A stretch of 49,080 nt of DNA from Candidatus Saccharimonadota bacterium. GTDB taxonomy: Bacteria > Patescibacteriota > Saccharimonadia > Saccharimonadales > JAGQNK01. This document shows positions 1 through 8,632 of the stretch, piece by piece. A model generated the notes under the pieces. The model searched no databases, was not told where the DNA came from, and saw nothing but the letters and a program-made list of their open reading frames with translations. Location: the NCBI GenBank assembly GCA_020428105.1, contig JAGQNK010000015.1, positions 1,209 through 50,288 on the forward strand, written 5' to 3'. A program made the position numbers and the translations under genes. Each line of letters begins with the position of its first letter. The stretch's first letter is position 1.

Positions 1-221
1 ATAACAGCTATCAGACTTGCTACTTTGGTCAACACGCCGTCTGGTCCATATATTGCGTTGCCAGATGTAGACTGGTTGGTATTATCCCTACACGCAGAAG
101 CATCGGCATTAGAGCCACGACACGCAGGAGCTAACACATCTACTGCAAAAACTACTTTTGGTGCTATGAACAACCCTAGCAAGCTAATAATTAATGCGAA
201 TCGAAGCAATATTCTTTTCAT
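1..221 (-). CDS. VirB2/TrbC-like pilin, partial (runs off the window start; missing from the ORF track)
   Basis: Manual translation from ATG at 221: MKRILLRFALIISLLGLFIAPKVVFAVDVLAPACRGSNADASACRDNTNQSTSGNAIYGPDGVLTKVASLIAV. It has a signal-like N-terminus, a Cys pair and the start of the pilin hydrophobic helix. ATGA overlap with the upstream pilin stop (218-221). Confidence 0.7.
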   Translation of the reverse strand, partial: MKRILLRFALIISLLGLFIAPKVVFAVDVLAPACRGSNADASACRDNTNQSTSGNAIYGPDGVLTKVASLIAV

Positions 222-526
222 GTCAATGCCGTTACCACAAACCCGATTATGCCACTTGCTGCAACTATGATACCTAGTCCGATTAAACCATCCAGTATTG
301 TGTTCTTAGCCTTTGTAATCTCCTGAGGATTGCCTTGAGAAAGAACAAATTTTAGCGCACCATATGCAATAATTATAAGTGCAATACCTCCTGCGATACC
401 TCCTGCAATAGCAAGACCTTTGGTAACATTTGCATTAGTAATGCCGTCTGGCAGATCCCTGACATTCTCTACATCTCCACGAGGAACTCTGACTTGTGCT
501 AAATAATAAGCAATTTTATACATCAT
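218..526 (-). CDS. VirB2/TrbC-like pilin (short)
   Basis: Two hydrophobic helices joined by YGALKFVLSQGNPQEITKAKNTILDGLIG, the CPR pilin motif. ATGA-coupled on both sides. Confidence 0.8.
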   Translation of the reverse strand: MMYKIAYYLAQVRVPRGDVENVRDLPDGITNANVTKGLAIAGGIAGGIALIIIAYGALKFVLSQGNPQEITKAKNTILDGLIGLGIIVAASGIIGFVVTALT

Positions 527-963
527 CCTATATTCCTACCTATGAGGTTTACTATTACTGTAGCAAACATCGCAATCATCATACCTACTAACGCATTTAT
601 TATAGTAGTTCTGGCATTTTTTGCTTTTTCGGGCTCCCCAGTACTAGTCAAGTATTGAAACCCTCCGACGACTACGAATATTACTGCCAGCATTCCAGCA
701 ACTCGTATTAGTATCTCGAAAATGGCCAACACTATATTTGGTATAGATTCTGGAATTGATACATCAAGCTTGCATTCGGTGCCATCAAAAGTTGGGTTTA
801 GGTACTTGTACCAGGTAGGGAAGTCGAGAAACTTGCCGGACTCCCTGGTGCAATATTCGGCACTTTGCGCAGCAGTAGTCTCGGTAGCAAACATAAATAC
901 CGTAAAAGCAGCTACTGCAAAGAAAAGAGTGATCATCAACATCGAAAATATACGCTTTAGCAT
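523..963 (-). CDS. VirB2/TrbC-like pilin with Cys-containing N-terminal domain
   Basis: Signal peptide, a Cys pair, then GGFQYLTSTGEPEKAKNARTTIINALVG between two TM helices. Confidence 0.85.
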   Translation of the reverse strand: MLKRIFSMLMITLFFAVAAFTVFMFATETTAAQSAEYCTRESGKFLDFPTWYKYLNPTFDGTECKLDVSIPESIPNIVLAIFEILIRVAGMLAVIFVVVGGFQYLTSTGEPEKAKNARTTIINALVGMMIAMFATVIVNLIGRNIG

Positions 964-964
964 A

Positions 965-1534
965 TCAGGTAAGAACTCCTCCCGGTATTAGCCAGTTTAA
1001 TATAGCAACAAAGAAGATATACATAACCAAAGCCATAACAGCATTAATGATGTGTTCTTTTGCGGCAGCAGTTTTCTGGGGATTGTCCCGAGAACTCGTA
1101 TACTGTATACCACCCCAAACTATCATTACAACCACCACTATACCCACTGCGCCGGATAATGCCTGAATTACCTTAACTATGATGTTAATAATTCCGCAGT
1201 TATTGGCATTCAGGGACTCACCACCGGATGAGTTGTATTTACAATCTGCCACCTCGTTTATACTATCAGTACTCTTGAGATCAGCATTCTCGCTTGAAGA
1301 GCCACCAAATTTAAAGTCGTTTATACACTTTTCTTTGTTCGCATCATTGGCACAAGCTTCTTCGGCTCCTGCATTGAGTTGCGCTAAGCATGTGTTCTTC
1401 TGATTCTCGTCTGGCATATCAGTACACTGACGAAACTTCGACCCTTCGTTAGCAAAGGCAACCGAAGGCACGAAAAGCAGTGTCGTCAATATAAAGAACG
1501 AAGAGACTAGCTTAAGTTTGTTGATTGCTAACAT
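965..1534 (-). CDS. VirB2/TrbC-like pilin with extended Cys-rich N-terminal domain
   Basis: Signal peptide ending AFA, six Cys, then GGIQYTSSRDNPQKTAAAKEHIINAV between two TM helices. Confidence 0.85.
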   Translation of the reverse strand: MLAINKLKLVSSFFILTTLLFVPSVAFANEGSKFRQCTDMPDENQKNTCLAQLNAGAEEACANDANKEKCINDFKFGGSSSENADLKSTDSINEVADCKYNSSGGESLNANNCGIINIIVKVIQALSGAVGIVVVVMIVWGGIQYTSSRDNPQKTAAAKEHIINAVMALVMYIFFVAILNWLIPGGVLT

Positions 1535-1543
1535 TTCAAAACG

Positions 1544-1573
1544 ATTATACTGTCATAGCACAGTTGCTTGCAA
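1544..1573 (-). promoter_or_regulatory. Sigma70-type promoter of the pilin operon
   Basis: On the minus strand: TTGCAA (1573-1568), 18 nt spacer, TATAAT (1549-1544), 9 nt before the ATG at 1534. Confidence 0.55.
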
Positions 1574-1596
1574 GGAAATAACCATGAATATTTTCG

Positions 1597-1624
1597 TTGA
1601 ATAGAAAGCAATTAATGCTATAGT
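1597..1624 (+). promoter_or_regulatory. Divergent promoter for the VirB6-like gene
   Basis: TTGAAT (1597-1602), 16 nt spacer, extended -10 TG-C-TATAGT (1616-1624). Confidence 0.45.
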
Positions 1625-1665
1625 TTTATGAGTAAGTACGGTTGCAATGACTAACGGAATACAAA

Positions 1666-3291
1666 ATGATAAATAACACCCCTAAAACAAGACGCGTAAT
1701 AATAAAACGTAGACTGCACTTTATTTCCATTGGACTAATTCTTTGTGTTTTCACTGTTCAGCTAATTACGGCTTGCGTAATAAATAGTGGTGTGGTTCAT
1801 GCCGCTGAAGAGCTAGAGCCTAAGAAATTAGCACAGATATGGAATGCCGGAATGGCACTAGCAAACTGCTCTAGGGACGCAGGATGGGACTCTCCTCAAA
1901 CCGCGAGTGATTTGAATAATGGAGGGCTGTTTACTACGAGCACTGACCTTTCTGATTGGAATGGTGACCCGAAAGAAGTAGGTATTGTAGTAGATCCTGA
2001 TGACGGTCAAATTAAATGTGATACCGACGAAGAGATAGTTGATTTATTCGAAATTTTGGATGTCAAGCCAATAGATTTTCTGCGTGATGCGAACATATAC
2101 AAAATCAATAGTGACCATACTGCATATGAAGTCACAGCAGATAATGATACTCTAGGGGCAAGGATAAAAAACTACATAGAGAATAAGTATGGGATTAACT
2201 ATAGTGGCGGGATGCCTAAGGCATCACAATACGCCGCCCTTCTTGATGCATTTAACAAGCAGTGTAAGCAGGATAAGGATGATAATGGTACTGCTGTAAA
2301 AATTGTGAATAAAGAGGGTGTGGTAGAGACCATTAAGTATTCGCTCAATGGTGGCGCTAACGATGTAATTAATATTGGGTATTCTATTGACGGACATGGA
2401 GGAGACCAGCAGGCCGCTTGTCCAAGAATTGTCGAATTGATGAGTGACACAGCTCAAGCATATGCGGATCGTATTATTGAGTTAGGTGGTATTTCTGGTG
2501 ACACAGATGAATCAGCAGGAGAAACCAAGCCCTCATGTGAAAGCGAAGGTGGTAGCATGAGCTGGATAATGTGTTCCATAATTGACCTAGGCGACAAGAC
2601 TATGCGAGTACTTGATGACGCACTTATTTCTCTATTGACTACACCGAACGAGTATTTGACAGACCCCGGGCTTCGAAAAGCATGGGCAAACTTAAGAAAC
2701 CTAGCGTACTTAATATTGGTTCCCGTGACACTCGTAATGCTCATTGGCACTGCTATGGGCTTTGATTTTGTAAGCGCGTATACCGTAAAACGCGCACTAC
2801 CTAGACTACTGGTCGCAACGATATTTATCGCTCTGTCGTTTGATATTGCCAAGTTTCTCATCTTACTTACCAACGGGGTGGGAACGGGTATTTACGGGAT
2901 GATAACCTCGGCAGTAACCGACCAGCCCATTACTTTAGCAAGTATATTTGCTCCATCTCAAGGCACTGGAGTGTTTGCTGTAGGTGGCTTTGTACTTGCT
3001 GCGGGTAGTGCCTTGGCTCTCGGAAGTATTGGCGTTATTCTAAGTTACCTTTTTGTAGCTCTTCTTGGTTTGGGCATCGGCTTCTTCCTGCTTGCCCTTC
3101 GTCAGTTCATAATAATTGCATTGATGATCCTAGCACCAGTCGCTATACTTTCATGGATTTTCCCAGGGAATGATAAGCTTTGGAAACTTTGGTGGCAATC
3201 ATTTAGCAAACTGCTTATGTTGTTTCCGCTTATCATGCTATTAATCGCAGTCGGAAGGGCTTTTGCTGTACTGGTAAGTAACGTACACTAA
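1666..3291 (+). CDS. VirB6/TrbL-like T4SS membrane protein, N-terminal part
   Basis: N-terminal TM, ~270 aa extracytoplasmic domain, C-x8-SWIMC motif, then a multi-TM core with WANLRNLAY and ILAPVAILSWIFPGNDKLWKLWW, typical of CPR VirB6-like proteins. It ends within the membrane domain. Confidence 0.75.
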   Translation: MINNTPKTRRVIIKRRLHFISIGLILCVFTVQLITACVINSGVVHAAEELEPKKLAQIWNAGMALANCSRDAGWDSPQTASDLNNGGLFTTSTDLSDWNGDPKEVGIVVDPDDGQIKCDTDEEIVDLFEILDVKPIDFLRDANIYKINSDHTAYEVTADNDTLGARIKNYIENKYGINYSGGMPKASQYAALLDAFNKQCKQDKDDNGTAVKIVNKEGVVETIKYSLNGGANDVINIGYSIDGHGGDQQAACPRIVELMSDTAQAYADRIIELGGISGDTDESAGETKPSCESEGGSMSWIMCSIIDLGDKTMRVLDDALISLLTTPNEYLTDPGLRKAWANLRNLAYLILVPVTLVMLIGTAMGFDFVSAYTVKRALPRLLVATIFIALSFDIAKFLILLTNGVGTGIYGMITSAVTDQPITLASIFAPSQGTGVFAVGGFVLAAGSALALGSIGVILSYLFVALLGLGIGFFLLALRQFIIIALMILAPVAILSWIFPGNDKLWKLWWQSFSKLLMLFPLIMLLIAVGRAFAVLVSNVH

Positions 3292-3303
3292 AGGATATAA
3301 GAT

Positions 3304-4683
3304 ATGCCAGAAGATTTAGTCATCACGCTTATTAAACTCATCGCTTATGTAGGTCCCTTCTTCTTAATACCGGCGATGTTCAAGTTTGCAGGTGGCGCCT
3401 TTGCAAACATAGCAGGTATGGCAAATAACAAAAGTCGTGGCCTCTTCGACCGTAGCAAGAAATATCGTGCCCAGAAGATGGGTGAAAACTGGACGGCCAC
3501 CAAAGCTGGTGAGAAAAAATTCCGCCCACAAGCCTTCAATAAGCTAGGAGAGCGCATGGGTGTTGGTGCCAGTGGAAGATTTGGCTTCGGCAGGCAGGGT
3601 AGAGCAGCCGTACAAACACAACGCCGCAACCTTGCAGCCGAAAGAGCTGCAAAAGATGAAGAACTAAAACAGCTTGGACTAGCGAGCGATGATGGTATCG
3701 CTGTTATGTTTGGGTCAGGAGGTACCGACGCAGGAGCTAGAGCTGCATCAGATGACTTATACAACTCCTGGCTAGCCGATGACGCAGAATACCGACATGC
3801 GCAAGACAATGGTGATCAAGCTGGCATGAGAGCCAGAGAAGCGCATTTCAGAGATCGTGCCGACCAAGCATACCGGGAAGCCAAGGCAGTTGGTTTTACA
3901 CGGTCTCGCGCACAAGCCGCTGGAAGTATTATGATGCAAAACAAGGCTCGTGCAATCGTTGGCGGTGCCGCAGGCAGAGAGTTTCTACAGCGTGGCCTAG
4001 AACGGCTGCATGGTGATGGCATGGATAATGCTGCGGCAACCGAAGAGACAAGACAAGCAATGGCATTCTTTGCTCGTGGCAGTGGTCGAGCAGATTTAGG
4101 CACACCAAGAGATGACCTAGACGACAGACAGGCGACCATCGACGGCTTTGACCGCGCTGGTGCCAGTGCAGTTGCCCATGGCCACACCACTGGTGTTGAG
4201 TCCACGTCAAGAGCGTTAGTCGCAGAATATCAAGAAGCTATGGATTTGGGAGATGAAACAAGAGCAGTCGAAGCGGCTTCGAAGCTCACCGCTTTACGTA
4301 ACGCGATGACCCAACAAACCCCAGAAGAAAATAAAGCTATTATTTTCGAAGCCCTACGCGACGCAGGTGTAACCCACATGGATTCTGTCGATTCAGAGTT
4401 TGGAACAATGATTGGTGGCCTACAGGGAGTGCCCGTACCACAGCCGCCAGCACCTCTAGGCCCAAGCTACACGGAAGCCGAAAAGCAACAACATGAATAT
4501 GATACAAGAGTTTATCAGGAGGCTCTGGCCGCACATCCTTCACAAACCATGACAAGAGTTATCCGTGGCCGAGCAGGTCTATTTGACCAAGGCACAGGTA
4601 GGCCAACTGATCCTGCTCTGTTGGCCGCACAGCAGCAAGGGCAGCAGCAAGGGCAGCAGCAAGGACCAGGCGCTGGACCATAA
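3304..4683 (+). CDS. VirB6-like protein, C-terminal part (last TM region plus long cytoplasmic tail)
   Basis: Same frame as 1666-3291 and 12 nt downstream. It starts with TLIKLIAYVGPFFLIPAMFKFAGG, then an Arg/Ala-rich helical tail. SD-like AAGGA at 3291-3295. Confidence 0.65.
   Translation: MPEDLVITLIKLIAYVGPFFLIPAMFKFAGGAFANIAGMANNKSRGLFDRSKKYRAQKMGENWTATKAGEKKFRPQAFNKLGERMGVGASGRFGFGRQGRAAVQTQRRNLAAERAAKDEELKQLGLASDDGIAVMFGSGGTDAGARAASDDLYNSWLADDAEYRHAQDNGDQAGMRAREAHFRDRADQAYREAKAVGFTRSRAQAAGSIMMQNKARAIVGGAAGREFLQRGLERLHGDGMDNAAATEETRQAMAFFARGSGRADLGTPRDDLDDRQATIDGFDRAGASAVAHGHTTGVESTSRALVAEYQEAMDLGDETRAVEAASKLTALRNAMTQQTPEENKAIIFEALRDAGVTHMDSVDSEFGTMIGGLQGVPVPQPPAPLGPSYTEAEKQQHEYDTRVYQEALAAHPSQTMTRVIRGRAGLFDQGTGRPTDPALLAAQQQGQQQGQQQGPGAGP
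4630..4665 (+). repeat. 3 x 12-nt tandem repeat (CAGCAGCAAGGG) encoding QQQG x3
   Basis: Read directly; the third copy ends in A instead of G. Confidence 0.9.
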
Positions 4684-4730
4684 ATCATCTGGAGCAACAC
4701 ATCCATGACAGATACATGTATACAGCATCA

Positions 4731-4759
4731 TTGACAGCTTGTATCTAATGTGTTAATAT
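4731..4759 (+). promoter_or_regulatory. Consensus promoter, probably leaderless, for the 4767 ORF
   Basis: TTGACA (4731-4736), 17 nt spacer, TAATAT (4754-4759) with TG extension; ATG 7 nt downstream. Confidence 0.65.
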
Positions 4760-4766
4760 AAATAAT

Positions 4767-5831
4767 ATGGAAGTTTTAAATCCTTCAAATCAAAATAACG
4801 AACCTTTATCCCACCATAATATAGATGATATTGAAAATCTTCAAAATCATGAAGTTACTTCAACCGTTATAGAGCAGATTCAATTAGCACACCATGGCGT
4901 TACTGCATGGGTAGCCCAAAAACGTATGGAGCGAGCTGGCAATCGTATGGAGCGCATGGACCATAAAAGCGCACTATATAATGACATGGCAAATAGTGTA
5001 AATGGCATTGAAGCTACGCCTACCGAAACGGCTCTTGGGCAACCCGCAAAACCTCGCACATTCATAGAACGTCACATGGATAAAAAATTAGAGGGTAAAT
5101 TATGGAAAGCAGAGCTCAAAAAAGCAGAAACAAAACGAGAAGTTTCTCAGTTTGGCAACAAGGGATTTACTCAAACCAGAAGACGTGACAGAAAGAGGGT
5201 TCAAGAAAACAGGGAAACAAGAGGTCGCAAAATAGCCGAGGCAGCCCAAAAACGTCAGATAGATTCCGACTTCATTCTTGGTAATATTAGCCGGGAGGAA
5301 AGACTATCCCGTCTATCAGATATAGAACCTATGTCAAGAAAGATCGAAAACAAACGAGTAAGGTCGCTTAAAAGGCAAGGAAGTCGCATAGACAAAAGTG
5401 TAGTAAGATCTGCGAATCAGCCGGTCTTGAGTCGTTGGCGAAACCGTAGGCGGGAAAATGCTATAGAATCCATCAAGAAACATCATCACCGTGCTGAACA
5501 TCACAAAGCAAAAGCTCAATCAATCCGTACCGGAGAAGATATAATATACAATATACCTCAATCAAAAACACAAAAACGCTTAGGCGGCTTTGCTAAAAAA
5601 GCAGGTCAAGCTGTCAGGAACAGGCTGAAGGAGAGAAACCAGAACGGTAGAGTCACAATTGATTTGCCTGGTGTTGCTGCACCAGATATAAACCAAGAAA
5701 GACAGTATCCACCGCGACCTAGTAGACAGGGTAAAGCACCGCAAAATAATAGACATAAACGTCCGGCTCGCACAGAACGAGGCCGAAGGTACCAAGAGCA
5801 ACAAGCAATCAACCGACGCGGTGTTGTTTAA
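4767..5831 (+). CDS. Highly basic Arg/Lys-rich hypothetical protein (354 aa)
   Basis: Long ORF with its own promoter and no TM or signal peptide. Acidic N-terminus, then R/K-rich sequence up to an Arg-rich C-terminus. Confidence 0.7.
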   Translation: MEVLNPSNQNNEPLSHHNIDDIENLQNHEVTSTVIEQIQLAHHGVTAWVAQKRMERAGNRMERMDHKSALYNDMANSVNGIEATPTETALGQPAKPRTFIERHMDKKLEGKLWKAELKKAETKREVSQFGNKGFTQTRRRDRKRVQENRETRGRKIAEAAQKRQIDSDFILGNISREERLSRLSDIEPMSRKIENKRVRSLKRQGSRIDKSVVRSANQPVLSRWRNRRRENAIESIKKHHHRAEHHKAKAQSIRTGEDIIYNIPQSKTQKRLGGFAKKAGQAVRNRLKERNQNGRVTIDLPGVAAPDINQERQYPPRPSRQGKAPQNNRHKRPARTERGRRYQEQQAINRRGVV

Positions 5832-5905
5832 CCTATACGTTACGGACAGAGGGGTAAATTCAAGTTGGGTTTCTGCAATTCATCTTTGTTGGTACTATAT
5901 ACACT

Positions 5906-6376
5906 ATGGCACTGAGCAAACAAGATATTGGACAAATACGACAGGTTTTTAACGATGGTATTGAGGCATTGGTTTTGCCGCGTTTGGATGGTATTGATGA
6001 ACGCCTAGATGGTATTGATGAACGCCTAGATGGTATTGATGAACGCCTAGATGGTATTGATGAACGCCTAGATGGTATTGATGATAGGCTCGACAAACTA
6101 ACTATTCGTGTAGCGCAAATCGAGAGTGAACAGCGCAACACCAATACAATACTGAGAGAACTAACAACCAGAGTAGATGTGCTGGAATCAAAACTTGAAG
6201 CACTGGAAAATGACATCAAGGATATTTACCTGATGCTACATGCCATGACAAAGAAAGAAAGATCAAGCAAACACGCTTTTGCCAACCTGGGCGTAGAAGA
6301 GAAATTGGTAATACTACATTCGGAATTACTAGAGACCGCAAAACAAGCTGGAGTAAAGCTACCTAACCATCCGTAA
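5906..6376 (+). CDS. Coiled-coil protein with heptad repeat (DGIDERL)n
   Basis: 156 aa; five tandem heptads continue into a coiled coil. Extended -10 TG-G-TACTAT at 5890-5898, 7 nt before the ATG. Confidence 0.75.
   Translation: MALSKQDIGQIRQVFNDGIEALVLPRLDGIDERLDGIDERLDGIDERLDGIDERLDGIDDRLDKLTIRVAQIESEQRNTNTILRELTTRVDVLESKLEALENDIKDIYLMLHAMTKKERSSKHAFANLGVEEKLVILHSELLETAKQAGVKLPNHP
5987..6084 (+). repeat. 21-nt coding tandem repeat GATGGTATTGATGAACGCCTA (4 perfect copies plus a partial fifth)
   Basis: Perfect units at 5987, 6008, 6029 and 6050; the fifth unit from 6071 matches for 14 nt. Confidence 0.95.
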
Positions 6377-6492
6377 GCTCTAACCTATATCTATCTGTCA
6401 GCGATATGCCGAAGCCTGTTACTTTTAATATGTTTGGTTCGTACGTATAAGTTAGTGGCAGCAATAGCTCTTTGCGGTATACTAGTACATAG

Positions 6493-7701
6493 ATGGCAAC
6501 ATACAAAGTAATCCAAGATATCGAGGCCGAAGATAAGCTAATCGGCCCCTTTGGCATACGCCAGTTTATCTATCTAATAATAGTTGTAGTGTCTGGGTTC
6601 ATTATGTTCAAACTGGCTACAGTAGCGTGGTTTTTGGCGATACCACTACTGCCGCACACTTTATTCTTTGCTCTTATCGCGATGCCATTTGGTGGAGATC
6701 AGCCAACCGAAACATGGCTACTGGCAAAGATTCGCTTCATGATGAAGCCTAGGCGCCGCATCTGGAATCAAACTGGCATGCTCAACCTCGTGACAATCAC
6801 CGCCCCAAAAAAAGAAGAGAAGGTGCTGGTCAATAATATGTCGGAAGGCGAAATACGATCCAGACTTCAGGCGTTGGCAAACACCATCGACAGCCGCGGA
6901 TGGGCAATCAAGAATGTAAATATTAATGTATTTAGCCAACCAGCATTCGCAGGAGCTGGTGGTGTAACCTCTGACAGACTGGTACAGATCGATCCAGTCC
7001 CGCAACAAGTCCCAGACTATGCTACATCACCGATAGACGATATGATGGATGCTCAGAACAACCCAACAGCTCAAAACCTAGACCGTATGATTGATGCATC
7101 GTCCAAAGCGCACCGCGACAAAGTGATTAACAGTATGAGAAACCCCGAACCCGACCAAAGTGCCATCCTTCCAACGCCGACTGCCCCGACAGCCACAGCC
7201 CCACAATACGTAGCTAACATTGCTCAGCCCGCCGCAAATACAGATTATTGGTTTATGAACCAGAGTTCACAAAACACAGTCAATACTACAGCCCCAACAA
7301 GATATGACAATCCTGCGTCAAGCGCATTAATCGCGCCTGATCCTGTGTTCAGTTCGCCAGCAATACCTGAGCTATCACTAAAGCCACTTGCGCCGTCAAG
7401 TGATCCTATTACCGAGGAAGAGTTATTAGACAGAATACATGCTAAACAGCAAAACAAACCGCAACACCACAGTAGCCTAAAGGTAATAAAAACCCTGGAA
7501 GAGCAACAAGCAGAAGCTGAAGAAGCTCAAAAATTAGCTGCCACAAAAATACCAGAACCGCCGGTGACACCAGACCCAGACCCTGATATAATCGAACTTG
7601 CTAGAAATGACGATTTGAGCGTGGAGACGGTAGCTCGTCAGGCAAAGAAGTCCAAAGAACAGGATTTGTCAGACGGAGAAGTTGTTATCAATCTTCACTA
7701 G
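6493..7701 (+). CDS. PrgI-family (VirB3-like) T4SS membrane protein with long Pro/Gln-rich tail
   Basis: MATYKVIQDIEAEDKLIGPFGIRQFIY followed by two TM helices is the PrgI signature; it lies upstream of VirB4. Confidence 0.85.
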   Translation: MATYKVIQDIEAEDKLIGPFGIRQFIYLIIVVVSGFIMFKLATVAWFLAIPLLPHTLFFALIAMPFGGDQPTETWLLAKIRFMMKPRRRIWNQTGMLNLVTITAPKKEEKVLVNNMSEGEIRSRLQALANTIDSRGWAIKNVNINVFSQPAFAGAGGVTSDRLVQIDPVPQQVPDYATSPIDDMMDAQNNPTAQNLDRMIDASSKAHRDKVINSMRNPEPDQSAILPTPTAPTATAPQYVANIAQPAANTDYWFMNQSSQNTVNTTAPTRYDNPASSALIAPDPVFSSPAIPELSLKPLAPSSDPITEEELLDRIHAKQQNKPQHHSSLKVIKTLEEQQAEAEEAQKLAATKIPEPPVTPDPDPDIIELARNDDLSVETVARQAKKSKEQDLSDGEVVINLH

Positions 7702-7750
7702 GTCAAATCGTAACCCTCGATTGGTAGGGGTGGGAATTATATAAACGTTC

Positions 7751-8632
7751 ATGGATCCAAATACATACAACCAACAAGCCGCGAACCCTGCTGCTATGCC
7801 AGGTGGTCCTTATGCCACACCTGGTCAACAACCTCAGAATATGGCTCCAGGACAGTATCCACAGCCCCAACCAAACCAACCTCACAAGCAACCAATCACT
7901 AAAAGTAATCCCAATAGCACCCAAAACTCCTTGCAGATTGCGGAAATTCGTGACGGAATAGTAATTATGAATGATGGGTCATTTCGTTCGGTAGTCATGA
8001 CCAAGTCTATCAACTTCGACCTCATGAGTGGCGAAGAACGGGAAGCAGTAGAGTATGGCTATCAGGGGTTTTTGAACTCGTTGTACTTTCCTATACAGAT
8101 CTTCATTCGCTCACAAAAGATTGATATCCGCCCTTATATGGAGAAGTTGGACAAAATCCGCCAAGAACACGACAACATGCTACTTGCATTACTGATGGAA
8201 GATTATTTGGGGTTCATCGACAACCTATCTATGCAAACAAATATTATGGATAAAAAGTTCTACGTTGTTATTCCATATTTTCCATCAGTAGATGTTCAAA
8301 AAGCTTTTACGCAGAGCAAGAACTTCTTCACCGGTCTAAAAGGCCTATTCAACAATACCGAGCAGCATGTGACAGTTAATGAACAAGACCTAAACGCAGC
8401 CAAAGACGAACTGCGCAACCGTGTTCAGGCTGTGCTAGGCGGCCTACAACAGACTGGAGTTCAGGGGTTGCCACTTGATACCCAAGAACTGATAGAGCTT
8501 TATTACGACACCTACAACCCAGACACCGCCACTCGCCAGCAATTAAAAAATTTCAATGACCTAAGTACTCCGGTGGTCACCAAAGGTGAAGGTATGGCGC
8601 CGCAACCAAATCTGGACAGGAGTTTACAATAA
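7751..8632 (+). CDS. Conserved CPR T4SS protein (VirB4-N-terminal/TraC-like)
   Basis: IRDGIVIMNDGSFRSVVMTKSINFDLMSGEERE...FLNSLYFPIQIFIRS motif; 1-nt stop/start overlap with VirB4. Confidence 0.7.
   Translation: MDPNTYNQQAANPAAMPGGPYATPGQQPQNMAPGQYPQPQPNQPHKQPITKSNPNSTQNSLQIAEIRDGIVIMNDGSFRSVVMTKSINFDLMSGEEREAVEYGYQGFLNSLYFPIQIFIRSQKIDIRPYMEKLDKIRQEHDNMLLALLMEDYLGFIDNLSMQTNIMDKKFYVVIPYFPSVDVQKAFTQSKNFFTGLKGLFNNTEQHVTVNEQDLNAAKDELRNRVQAVLGGLQQTGVQGLPLDTQELIELYYDTYNPDTATRQQLKNFNDLSTPVVTKGEGMAPQPNLDRSLQ

Noticed and set aside
3289-3300. Stop-codon reassignment or readthrough explaining the VirB6 split
   Set aside because: TAA, TAG and TGA all end well-conserved genes here (e.g. rpmH TAA, gmd TAG, wzt TGA), so code 11 applies. 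Two consecutive readthroughs are implausible.
4706-4746. Inverted repeat AGATACA/TGTATCT around the -35 box as an operator
   Set aside because: Only 7 bp arms with a 23-nt gap and no nearby regulator; too weak to call.
5987-6084. Possible CRISPR array
   Set aside because: The repeats are contiguous with no spacers, lie in frame inside a CDS, and no cas genes are nearby.
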